From IMG/VR virus record IMGVR_UViG_2541047778_000015: a stretch of DNA of 40,861 nucleotides; one strand, given 5' to 3'. The translations under genes and the position numbers were made by a program. The notes under the pieces were generated by a model, which was not told the origin of the DNA, ran no database searches, and saw nothing but the letters and a program-made list of their open reading frames with translations. The stretch comes from a virus. Its lineage: Duplodnaviria > Heunggongvirae > Uroviricota > Caudoviricetes. Shown one piece after another: positions 1 through 8,111 of the stretch. Within the stretch, counting starts at the first letter, position 1, and every line of letters begins with the position of its first letter.

Positions 1-516
1 ATGAAATTTAAAAAATGTCTTCTGCCTGTGGCAATGTTAGCGTCATTCACTCTGGCAGGATGCCAGTCAAATGCTGATGATCATGCCGCCGATGTTTATC
101 AAACCGATCAACTGAATACCAAACAAGAAACTAAAACCGTTAATATTATTTCCATTCTTCCCGCAAAAGTTGCCGTAGACAACGCCCAAAATAAACGGAA
201 CGCACAAGCCTTCGGCGCGCTTATTGGCGCTGTCGCTGGCGGTGTTATCGGCCACAACGTCGGGTCTGGCAGCAATTCCGGAACGACGGCAGGTGCAGTT
301 GGCGGCGGAGCTGTAGGCGCGGCAGCGGGTTCTATGGTGAATGATAAAACCTTAGTGGAAGGTGTTTCTTTAACATATAAGGAAGGCACCAAAGTGTATA
401 CCTCCACCCAGGTGGGTAAAGAGTGCCAGTTTACGACAGGTTTAGCCGTTGTTATTACCACGACGTATAACGAAACGCGTATTCAGCCAAATACCAAATG
501 TCCTGAAAAGAGCTAA
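1..516 (+). CDS. yfgH: Outer-membrane lipoprotein with glycine-zipper region (host gene, YfgH-like)
   Basis: Lipobox LAGC after signal peptide (MKFKKCLLPVAMLASFTLAGC); Gly/Ala-rich GALIGAVAGGVIGHNVGSG segment; the size and the pairing with the next gene match my memory of E. coli yfgH-yfgI synteny, unverified. Confidence 0.6.
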   Translation: MKFKKCLLPVAMLASFTLAGCQSNADDHAADVYQTDQLNTKQETKTVNIISILPAKVAVDNAQNKRNAQAFGALIGAVAGGVIGHNVGSGSNSGTTAGAVGGGAVGAAAGSMVNDKTLVEGVSLTYKEGTKVYTSTQVGKECQFTTGLAVVITTTYNETRIQPNTKCPEKS

Positions 517-531
517 TAATCAGGAGGAGTC

Positions 532-1071
532 ATGAAGAAAGTTTTTCTTTGCGCCATCTTAGCCTCCTTAAGCTATCCGGCTATCGCCTCATCATTGCAG
601 GATCAACTCTCGGCTGTCGCAGAAGCGGAACAGCAAGGTAAAAATGAAGAGCAAAGGCAGCATGACGAATGGGTCGCGGAGCGCAACAGGGAAATCCAGC
701 AAGAGAAGCAACGTCGCGCAAACGCCCAGGCCGCGGCTAATAAAAGAGCGGCAACGGCAGCAGCGAATAAGAAAGCTCGTCAGGATAAACTGGACGCCGA
801 AGCCACTGCGGACAAAAAACGCGATCAAAGTTATGAAGATGAGCTACGTAGCTTAGAGATTCAGAAACAAAAACTGGCGCTGGCGAAAGAAGAAGCCCGC
901 GTCAAGCGCGAAAACGAATTTATCGATCAGGAACTGAAGCACAAAGCTGCGCAAACCGATGTGGTGCAATCTGAAGCTGACGCAAACAGAAATATGACTG
1001 AAGGCGGTCGCGATCTGATGAAAAGCGTGGGTAAAGCAGAAGAGAATAAATCAGATAGCTGGTTTAACTAA
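532..1071 (+). CDS. yfgI: Signal-peptide protein with charged coiled-coil-like region (host gene, YfgI-like)
   Basis: 179-aa ORF with an N-terminal signal sequence and a strong RBS (AGGAGG) 6 nt upstream; highly charged K/E/R/A-rich body; symbol assigned from recalled synteny only. Confidence 0.6.
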   Translation: MKKVFLCAILASLSYPAIASSLQDQLSAVAEAEQQGKNEEQRQHDEWVAERNREIQQEKQRRANAQAAANKRAATAAANKKARQDKLDAEATADKKRDQSYEDELRSLEIQKQKLALAKEEARVKRENEFIDQELKHKAAQTDVVQSEADANRNMTEGGRDLMKSVGKAEENKSDSWFN

Positions 1072-1109
1072 ACGATGTTAGTAACTTCAAACCTATAATT
1101 CTTTAGGAT

Positions 1110-1140
1110 AAAAAAACCCTCTGTAGTAACAGAGGGTTTT
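1110..1140. terminator. Bidirectional intrinsic terminator between host yfgI and the prophage lysis cassette
   Basis: A-run, then hairpin CCCTCTGT-agta-ACAGAGGG, then TTTTGTT; sits between convergent genes. Confidence 0.6.
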
Positions 1141-1289
1141 GTTCATTCATAGTGCAGGGTCAAATCATTCCCACTCAATTATTTACGACAATCATAACCA
1201 ATTGAGTGATAACATTTTTCCAAAGTTCAACTTTTCCCGTACCGTTTTATATACCGTCACCGGAAATCAGTGCCATGAAAAATACCATG

Positions 1290-1772
1290 CTATCTGGTCA
1301 GGGTGTCGTACTGTTTTTCGCAGACTCTTCCGGCTTCGGCTGCCCGGTCAGCATACTCTGCCAGTTGTCTGTTTCTCTCGAGAGATTTGCTGAGCACGTC
1401 GGCAAGCAAAACTCCGGTGTCTGCGGCTGACGACCCAGCGCCGACAATGGCGTTATACTGCCTGAGCTGCTCACGGATGGCAACGAGCTGTTGCTGCAAC
1501 CTGCCAGCGCGAGCGGCAGCATCAAGAGCATCGCTGCGCGCCTGATCGATCCTCTGCTGCGCTTCACGTTCATTGGTCGCTTTCTCCTGTTCGTAGTACT
1601 GACGAACTTTTTCTTCTTCGGCTTTGCGGTCTTCTTCCGCCTGCGCATACCCGGCATCGTACTGGCGACTGCCGTGTGCATTCCAGGCTACAACTCCTGA
1701 TATGACCAGAACAGCAAGCATCGCCATGATAACCAACTGTTTCCAGTATGCTTTTGCGAATGCCCAGATCAT
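1290..1772 (-). CDS. Rz-like i-spanin
   Basis: N-terminal transmembrane segment followed by a long charged coiled-coil-like region; immediately downstream of the endolysin with a 4-bp overlap; contains an embedded out-of-frame lipoprotein ORF. Confidence 0.7.
   Translation of the reverse strand: MIWAFAKAYWKQLVIMAMLAVLVISGVVAWNAHGSRQYDAGYAQAEEDRKAEEEKVRQYYEQEKATNEREAQQRIDQARSDALDAAARAGRLQQQLVAIREQLRQYNAIVGAGSSAADTGVLLADVLSKSLERNRQLAEYADRAAEAGRVCEKQYDTLTR
1298..1573 (-). CDS. Rz1-like o-spanin (lipoprotein) embedded in the +1 frame of Rz
   Basis: Frame embedded in Rz encodes [26 protein letters not shown] (signal peptide plus lipobox LAGC) followed by a Pro/Ser-rich short body; an alternative start is the ATG at 1531. 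Confidence 0.55.
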   Translation of the reverse strand: MNVKRSRGSIRRAAMLLMLPLALAGCSNSSLPSVSSSGSITPLSALGRQPQTPEFCLPTCSANLSRETDNWQSMLTGQPKPEESAKNSTTP

Positions 1773-2398
1773 ACCGCCAGCACCTTACTGGCAGTGATGT
1801 ATCGCGCGCGCCGGTCATCAATGCCGTTCCGGCCACCATTGATAAGCAGAGTTACACGTGCAATATCTCCGGTATACTTCATGCAGCCTTTGCTGGCGAA
1901 GAACCACGCCGCGCTACGAGCCGCATATTCGTCCTGCGCCAGCAGTTCAGGGCTCTCCAGCAGGTCAACCTTCAGACCGTTTCCGCAATCACGATAGTTA
2001 TTCAAACCGGTAATCTGGATAAGTCCGCGCCCTCGGTAATTCCAGCCATCACCAGGGGCATTGTTCCCCATGCGTTTGCTGTACACCAGATTGGCAATCG
2101 CTCTCTGGCGCTCAGGTGGCAATGGTGGTTCGCCTGCGCGTCGCCCCAATGCGTTGGCCTGTCCCTGAGTGAGACGCCCAGCCCGAACAAAGTTAGCCAG
2201 TCCGCTGACGCTGTAGTTGAAATTCTCCTGCAACCGGGTGAAGCCTCCAGACTCATGCCCGACCTGAGCAATAAACATAGCCTGATCTTCTGGTTTGCTG
2301 ATACCAAACTCTTTCATCGCAGAAGTTATATGCGAGAACCAGCGTGCGGCCAGTGCCTCGCTGATACCAGCAGCTCGCTGGAATTGTTTAATCTCCAT
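1769..2398 (-). CDS. Endolysin, glycoside hydrolase family 19 (chitinase-like) type
   Basis: Start taken at [11 protein letters not shown] (ATG at 2398) rather than the ORF-track upstream start; the translation reads like a GH19-type phage endolysin (called from recalled family resemblance). Confidence 0.75.
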   Translation of the reverse strand: MEIKQFQRAAGISEALAARWFSHITSAMKEFGISKPEDQAMFIAQVGHESGGFTRLQENFNYSVSGLANFVRAGRLTQGQANALGRRAGEPPLPPERQRAIANLVYSKRMGNNAPGDGWNYRGRGLIQITGLNNYRDCGNGLKVDLLESPELLAQDEYAARSAAWFFASKGCMKYTGDIARVTLLINGGRNGIDDRRARYITASKVLAV

Positions 2399-2696
2399 GT
2401 TTAGACCTCGATACTTTGAAAATTTGAACGACGTTACCGCGCGTTTTAATAACCGCAGCAAGCATGACAGCGTTGATAATGACCTCGGATAAATCCACAG
2501 CCATTGGCGTACGTAACCAGATTGCATAGGCGACTCGAACAGGAATACTGGCCGCAGCAACAATCAGGAAATAAGCAAGCCATCCTCCCCACCTTCGGTG
2601 TTGAGAGCCGTTACGCCGGAATGTGACAACGCGAATTGCTATGCCAGTGCAAATAACTGCATTGGTGATAAGCAAAAAAAACTCATGCGTTACCAT
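2388..2696 (-). CDS. Holin-like small membrane protein
   Basis: 102 aa with about three hydrophobic helices and a charged C-terminus; overlaps the endolysin start by 11 bp. Confidence 0.55.
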   Translation of the reverse strand: MVTHEFFLLITNAVICTGIAIRVVTFRRNGSQHRRWGGWLAYFLIVAAASIPVRVAYAIWLRTPMAVDLSEVIINAVMLAAVIKTRGNVVQIFKVSRSKHGD

Positions 2697-3087
2697 CGTC
2701 TTTTCTCCCCGGAATTAACTCGCGTGGATTATCGGAACGGTGATAGAGCCATATACCAATACGCACAGCGACAATTGCTGACACGAATGCGCCTGCAGAG
2801 AAAACAATCCCTTTTTCAAAAGAGTCCTGCGTGATGGTAGGGATCAGGCTAGCTATGCCGATAAGAATTGATGCTGCTGGTTTGTAAAAGAGAAGGCCGC
2901 AAAGAAAGCTGAGCATCGACAGGAGCACCCGGCGACGGATGGGGTACTCTACTGCAGAGGTAACAAAAATCACCGCCCCAGCCAAAGCCCCTAAAGCAAC
3001 CTCCGGAGGGACACCTGCAATAACCGCAGCAAGAGAACCAAAACTAAGCAACTGATTTAATTGCTCACTTGTTACTTGAGCAGACAT
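2683..3087 (-). CDS. Holin/antiholin-like membrane protein
   Basis: 134 aa with several hydrophobic segments; first gene of the lysis cassette, overlapping the next gene. Confidence 0.5.
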   Translation of the reverse strand: MSAQVTSEQLNQLLSFGSLAAVIAGVPPEVALGALAGAVIFVTSAVEYPIRRRVLLSMLSFLCGLLFYKPAASILIGIASLIPTITQDSFEKGIVFSAGAFVSAIVAVRIGIWLYHRSDNPRELIPGRKDDGNA

Positions 3088-3368
3088 ACTTTCTCCTGTT
3101 TACTATCTATAAGCCAGTCAATTATTGATGACTAAACCCGCATAGTAAACCATATATGAATCATTATTGTTCCATATCATATATCTCAATAAAAGTACTA
3201 ATGATTTTACAGAACGAGCCAGCAGAGTGGGGGCAGTTGTACAGGAACCATAGACTTAATTTTGTATTTAATAATGCTATGGTGTAATAAACCTGAACAT
3301 GTATTTAAAATACGTACTGATTCATGATAGAATTCAAAGATAACTTTTCACCAACTCCGTTTTTGATA

Positions 3369-3395
3369 CCCGCAAAATATTGCGGGCTTTTTTTT
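3369..3395 (+). terminator. Plus-strand intrinsic terminator (hairpin plus T8) overlapping the tailspike stop codon
   Basis: CCCGCAA-aata-TTGCGGG followed by TTTTTTTT on the plus strand; the minus-strand reading lacks a U-tract, so it does not terminate the tailspike transcript. Confidence 0.6.
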
Positions 3396-6300
3396 AACGT
3401 TCTTCCAGAGACTGAATCCGCTCTTTTATCTTATCCATTTCTCTGCGCTGCCATGCTGCCTCGATATAGAATAAGAGATCAGGTCTGACCCCCCATCTAG
3501 ATCCTGCTGGCGTTATTTCAACGCGCTCAATGATGTCTTCCATTACCATCACTGGATTATCATCCTCATCAACAATGATGCTCCCGTCATTATCAGTCAG
3601 CGGAATTTCCCTTTGGCCAGTAATGACGTCATCATATACTGCGGGATAATCGTCATAGCAAAGAAAGGCATAGCGGCATGTTGTGCTTTCTTCTTCCATG
3701 AGTCCGTGAGAAATAAGAACATCACGAAGTTGCTGCGCGATTACACCATGATGTATCCTCGCCCCTTCTTCCCCCTTTATAGCGACAGCGTTCAGCCATT
3801 TATAAGCGATATACCTGACGTCACCCCAGGCATCCAGCAATGCTTCGTCAGGAGAGACCGGCTCTGTCTTTAATGTTCCGTCACTGGTAACCACAGGATT
3901 GGAGCCAAGATAAACTGTCGAGAACCTGTTTCCCGGACCACCAAGAGCATTTACATTATCAAGATAAGGTTTAACATCTCCGTTCTCAAAAAGATGTTCG
4001 AGTGCGTTATATACCGCGCGACGTGGAGTACTGCTTCTGGAACCATGCAACGTTATCATTGCACCATCTGCTGAAGACGTTGTTTCACCGCCGCTAACGA
4101 TTAATCTCTGAGCGGTAACATCATCAGACGGTACTTTCTTCGCAATAATGGCGTAATTACCCTCAAGTTTGACTTCCGCGCGAACTTGTCCTGATGTACC
4201 TGCATGGACAGTCAGTGACTGGACGGCAACATCATCTGTGAAATCAACGGGTACAGGAACCGTCCTCACGCCTGACGTCGACATAAAAGTAGGAAGCGTT
4301 CTGTTAGGAGTGGCTCCGTAGACAAAATCCCTTGAAACAAATTCTTCCTGTTTAATTTTCACCCTGAAACAATACAAATCAGCCGGGTGACCATCGTGAA
4401 CATAAGGATATTTTCTGTTGTTATCCCCTATGCTCCATGGGTTTAGAAAGTCTTCCCCACCGAAAATGTAGTACAGCCAGTTGTCTTTGATACAAACTGA
4501 ACCAACACCAACCGCAGAGTTAACTATTCCGCCCTGATAAATCTGATCAGTAACATTAACCCACTCTACATTATCCAGACTCCACTCATTGACGTTAACT
4601 CTGGTCATAAATGTTCTTGGATAATTTCCTGCATAACGGTTATCAGGTTCTCCTCCTTCCCACTCACCAAATGCGCGCTCACTGCCAAAAATAATCAGCT
4701 CATCGCCAACTTTGGCAAAAGGAAGGTTTGAGTGATGAACATTATTTGGGAAGCGAAGAGAATTCCATGATGTACCTAAATCAGAGCTTCTGTGCAATGA
4801 ACTACCGGGTTGAGTACTTAATGTCCCCCTGGTCGTCAGATACAGAATGCCATCATAATATTTTACACATGGCTCAGATGCATTCGCCTCATATTCTGCA
4901 GGTATGCGTCTGCGAACAAAGCTACCAGGAGAACCGAAAGCATCAGAGAAATAGAGTATCCCAAGCTCGCGTGGACCAATATCACCATTATGGTAGCCAA
5001 CAGCAAAACTGTTATCGCTAATCGTCGCAAAACTGTGAATCTCAGTAACAGGAGTGCTTCCGTCAACAAAAGAAGGAATAGTTCCAAGACTGGTTTTTCT
5101 CCATGGTGACGAGTGAAATGATGTACCAAAACTCCAGTATCTACCCTCGTTATTCTGATCCACATCCTGGGTATTTTGCGTCGTAACTGTAAAAGTATTT
5201 TTATCAATAACAGTAGTCACCGTCATATTCCCGGTAACACCTGTAACACCAGAGTTTGAGAAGTTGACAAAATCACCAGCAAATAATCCGTGATCAGTAA
5301 TGCGAATATAAGCGACTTGCTGATTTGCTGCTTTCGTTATACCACCATAAACGCGAAGGCTGCGACTCATTGGGCGATCCCACAACTCTGCAACCTGCAG
5401 TTTATTTCCGCTCACGGTCCGCGTCTCAATTACAGCAAAAAGGCGATTTCTGACAACCCCCATACTCATGCAGTGATAGTTAACTGTGGGATAGTTTTCA
5501 TGTAAATCTGTAAGCCATTCCGGCGTTGTCCAGGTCTTCCCGTCATCTCCTGAGCGAACCCATGCAACATGGAGGTTATTTACACCATGGCGGTCTCCAG
5601 CCATAAAAGGCGCATAGATGACATTGTCATATACAAACGTTTTATCCTGCGTCCAGGCGTTGTACCACGGTGTATCTGTAATTTTAAATAACTCTCCCTG
5701 GATAAAATCTTCAGAAGCATAAAAAAGAGGCTGACCCGGTATTCTCTCAAATAAAAAACGAGCATTTTTAAATCGGCTGACATCCGGAAGAGTTGATACT
5801 TTAAAAGTAAGCCCTAATCCGTCAATTTTATAACCTGGAGATGAGGCTTCAAGGCACGCGCTTATTGCAGTGGAATCGTCATTTATACCATCACCAACAG
5901 CTCCAAAATCTTTGGGGCTAATAGCATCACGCATTTTATCCTGGAACGTTCGGTACACAGCCCCAGAACCATACTGAATAAACCAACCAAAACCACCAAC
6001 AACCCCGGCGATTGCAGCATCGACATAATTACGCATTGAGCGATTATTTACAGCGTCCTGTTCAAGTGATGGATCTGCAAGGTTAGAAATTTTGTTTTGC
6101 TTTGCATCGTAATATTTTGCAAGCAAAGATGGTTTCATCAATGCACGTCTGAACCACCCAAAACATTGCTGGATCAGCATCGTCAGGTAGTCAAAAGCAT
6201 CTTCATGCACTTCGGGGAAAAATTTTCCCTGATTGCGAAGGTCTGTCTCCTGCACTACATCAAGCACACGATCTATCGTAATTCGCCATCCAGCAGCAAG

Positions 6301-6513
6301 CGGCGACGGAAGAACAACAGAACCGCCACTATAAGTGCCCGCCCCAGTTACCGTATAACCGGTATCCAGTACTAGTTCTGTTACGTTACCGTTAAGGTCA
6401 GACACCTGAACAACCAGGTCGGATTTTTTGAAAATACGGAAGGTATACGGAAATGATGTCGTAACGCCGTTACCAGTGTATTCGTTGTGGTCAACTTCGG
6501 TTGAGACCGTCAT
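3394..6513 (-). CDS. Tailspike / tail fibre with predicted C-terminal intramolecular chaperone domain
   Basis: 1039 aa; N-terminus resembles the T7 gp17-type adaptor domain; two Asp-box-like motifs (SGDDGKTW, SSDLGTSW); C-terminal ~160 aa resemble the peptidase S74 chaperone domain, with S-x4-K at VVTSDGTLK. Confidence 0.8.
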   Translation of the reverse strand: MTVSTEVDHNEYTGNGVTTSFPYTFRIFKKSDLVVQVSDLNGNVTELVLDTGYTVTGAGTYSGGSVVLPSPLAAGWRITIDRVLDVVQETDLRNQGKFFPEVHEDAFDYLTMLIQQCFGWFRRALMKPSLLAKYYDAKQNKISNLADPSLEQDAVNNRSMRNYVDAAIAGVVGGFGWFIQYGSGAVYRTFQDKMRDAISPKDFGAVGDGINDDSTAISACLEASSPGYKIDGLGLTFKVSTLPDVSRFKNARFLFERIPGQPLFYASEDFIQGELFKITDTPWYNAWTQDKTFVYDNVIYAPFMAGDRHGVNNLHVAWVRSGDDGKTWTTPEWLTDLHENYPTVNYHCMSMGVVRNRLFAVIETRTVSGNKLQVAELWDRPMSRSLRVYGGITKAANQQVAYIRITDHGLFAGDFVNFSNSGVTGVTGNMTVTTVIDKNTFTVTTQNTQDVDQNNEGRYWSFGTSFHSSPWRKTSLGTIPSFVDGSTPVTEIHSFATISDNSFAVGYHNGDIGPRELGILYFSDAFGSPGSFVRRRIPAEYEANASEPCVKYYDGILYLTTRGTLSTQPGSSLHRSSDLGTSWNSLRFPNNVHHSNLPFAKVGDELIIFGSERAFGEWEGGEPDNRYAGNYPRTFMTRVNVNEWSLDNVEWVNVTDQIYQGGIVNSAVGVGSVCIKDNWLYYIFGGEDFLNPWSIGDNNRKYPYVHDGHPADLYCFRVKIKQEEFVSRDFVYGATPNRTLPTFMSTSGVRTVPVPVDFTDDVAVQSLTVHAGTSGQVRAEVKLEGNYAIIAKKVPSDDVTAQRLIVSGGETTSSADGAMITLHGSRSSTPRRAVYNALEHLFENGDVKPYLDNVNALGGPGNRFSTVYLGSNPVVTSDGTLKTEPVSPDEALLDAWGDVRYIAYKWLNAVAIKGEEGARIHHGVIAQQLRDVLISHGLMEEESTTCRYAFLCYDDYPAVYDDVITGQREIPLTDNDGSIIVDEDDNPVMVMEDIIERVEITPAGSRWGVRPDLLFYIEAAWQRREMDKIKERIQSLEER

Positions 6514-6616
6514 GTTAAATCTCCAGATAGTCGCAGCACCCGTTGCGCCGCATATCTGGTTATTCTATTACCTGAAAAACCACATATGGATAGAAAGACT
6601 GTGAATACGAATAGAT

Positions 6617-6633
6617 ATTACCTTTCGGGTAAT
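6617..6633. promoter_or_regulatory. Operator-like site ATTACC-tttcg-GGTAAT
   Basis: 17-bp palindrome of the recurring family; intergenic, between the tailspike start and the LexA box. Confidence 0.5.
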
Positions 6634-6669
6634 TTGCAAAACGTGCTGGATAGCAAACAAATTATTTGA

Positions 6670-6689
6670 TACTGTATAAATATACAGTT
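6670..6689. promoter_or_regulatory. LexA (SOS) box
   Basis: TACTGTATAAATATACAGTT: CTGT-N8-ACAG with an AT-rich spacer, close to the consensus TACTGTATATATATACAGTA; lies 20 bp upstream of the 6709 start and overlaps a TATAAAT -10-like hexamer. Confidence 0.7.
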
Positions 6690-6708
6690 ATTGCATGGAG
6701 AAGATAAG

Positions 6709-6966
6709 ATGCAGCAGTATCACTATCCACTGGAAGACGGATTTACCGAAAGGATTCACACGCCGGGAGGCGTCAGATCACTGGTGGAGGGATCGCACTT
6801 GATGAAATTACTCCGGGATCTCGATAAGGATGGATTTAATGTCGATGGCCCACTTGCCGAACTGACTGCACTGATTAACTACGTCACCAGCTCACAGATG
6901 TCTATGCAGGATCTGCAAACACATCTCGACTATTGTGCCGAACAATTACGAAAACAAACCACATAA
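6709..6966 (+). CDS. Small protein homologous to the shared antirepressor C-terminal module (candidate SOS-inducible antirepressor)
   Basis: ATG at 6709 with GGAG 8 nt upstream (ORF track used TTG at 6691); the 85-aa product aligns with the C-termini of the 8112 and 10849 genes. Confidence 0.55.
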   Translation: MQQYHYPLEDGFTERIHTPGGVRSLVEGSHLMKLLRDLDKDGFNVDGPLAELTALINYVTSSQMSMQDLQTHLDYCAEQLRKQTT

Positions 6967-6990
6967 AGAAAAGGCCGCTCTAGCGGCCTA
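6967..6990. terminator. Hairpin between convergent genes (bidirectional terminator candidate)
   Basis: GGCCGC-tcta-GCGGCC with an A-run upstream (U-run for the minus-strand transcript). Confidence 0.45.
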
Positions 6991-7716
6991 TCGTTTCGCT
7001 TTGTGCTCGTCCCAGCACGTTTTGCACCATGCCATTAAGCCGTCCGCATTTTGATTATTAGGGTAAAAGCTAGTTCGTTTTCTGCGGACATTACAAATTG
7101 GGCACCACTTCATATGGCGTGTATTCTTTGGGCCATCGAGACACCTTGCACACCACTTAGTCAATCCATCTGGATTTTTTGACGATTTCCTGAATTTTTC
7201 ATATGGAAGGTTTATTCTGCATCGCAAGCACTGCTTGCTACCACTTGAAACTCTGTTAGCTGATTCTTCTTTTGGCGGCGATACAGAAGGTATTCTTGCT
7301 GGCTCTGATACTGCCTGAGGTGCTTTTTTAGATGACTGAGACGATATGTCATCACCAGGGAATCTTCCATGATATGCCGGACGCGTTGACACTCCGGGTG
7401 GAAGCTCAGCTGTAAACGGCTTTGGCTGAATCAGTTGCCTCTCTTTTGCTAACTCCTGCTGTTTATAATATGTCTGGATTACCGCGCTATCATAAGCAGG
7501 AGGTACGGAAATATTAGGCGCATTATCTCCCGTTTTTTGAAACTGAGTGGAGGTGTGTTCTATCACCTGTGTACGATTAATCGTTATCTCCCCATCTTCA
7601 GTCTTTATCGTTTTGTTATGATTAACGACCGTACGATCAGAGATCTTAGTCTTGTTCTGGTTGATAACGTAAATAATCACCGCAACCACACCAACAACTA
7701 CCCAGAAAACTTCCAT
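6988..7716 (-). CDS. Membrane-anchored protein with tandem Cys-rich (zinc-ribbon-like) repeats, unknown function
   Basis: N-terminal TM helix (MEVFWVVVGVVAVIIYVI); C-terminal repeats SKNPDGLTKWCARC and NQNADGLMAWCKTC plus further CxxC pairs. Confidence 0.55.
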   Translation of the reverse strand: MEVFWVVVGVVAVIIYVINQNKTKISDRTVVNHNKTIKTEDGEITINRTQVIEHTSTQFQKTGDNAPNISVPPAYDSAVIQTYYKQQELAKERQLIQPKPFTAELPPGVSTRPAYHGRFPGDDISSQSSKKAPQAVSEPARIPSVSPPKEESANRVSSGSKQCLRCRINLPYEKFRKSSKNPDGLTKWCARCLDGPKNTRHMKWCPICNVRRKRTSFYPNNQNADGLMAWCKTCWDEHKAKR

Positions 7717-7735
7717 TGCCTTTCCTCACAATAAC

Positions 7736-7752
7736 ATTACCTTAAAGGTAAT
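7736..7752. promoter_or_regulatory. Operator-like site ATTACC-ttaaa-GGTAAT
   Basis: Perfect 6-bp arms; 20 bp upstream of the start of the 6988..7716 gene. Confidence 0.5.
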
Positions 7753-7800
7753 ATCTTGCTTTCAGGTGATCAAGCGTTAAACGCAATCAACCAAATACGG

Positions 7801-7845
7801 TTGATTTTAATATTTCTTCGCGTTTATCATTACCTTTGCGGTAAA
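7801..7845 (+). promoter_or_regulatory. Sigma70-like promoter with overlapping operator-like site
   Basis: TTGATT, 18-bp spacer, TATCAT, with ATTACC-tttgc-GGTAAA (7829..7845) overlapping the -10/+1 region. Confidence 0.5.
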
Positions 7846-7960
7846 TTTACATCGCACTCCTCTTGTGCCATAGTAATCGGGCACTGGCAAAATCCAGTGC
7901 CGGGATTGGTCTCCCGGATTACTACAGAGGCACATATGCCGCATAAGCGGTTTTTTTATG
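7838..7960 (+). ncRNA. Candidate structured small RNA or leader/attenuator upstream of the Bro-N antirepressor
   Basis: Outer helix AGTAATC/GATTACT encloses hairpins GGCACTGG-caaaat-CCAGTGCC and GGGA-ttggtc-TCCC; followed by GCCGC-ataa-GCGG plus T7. Confidence 0.4.
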
Positions 7961-8111
7961 TGTAAAGCGCACCTATTCTATGGTGGGCTGTGTGGGGGCA
8001 CCGAAAGGTGCGCCGGGTTCCTTTGTAGCCGGTAAGACCAACTCTGCACAGTTCACCACCATCTGATTGGTCTCAGCGGTGGTGATTAACCTAACTACAA
8101 AGGTGATCGCC

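Noticed and set aside
1139-1430. Two short plus-strand ORFs (84 and 74 aa) at the host-prophage junction
   Set aside because: They overlap the terminator and the Rz/Rz1 genes, have no RBS, and give low-complexity products; more likely non-coding att-region DNA.
3394-6513. Calling the tailspike a K1 capsule endosialidase
   Set aside because: Asp-boxes and the C-terminal chaperone domain occur in several glycan-degrading tail proteins; substrate specificity cannot be inferred without alignment to characterised enzymes.
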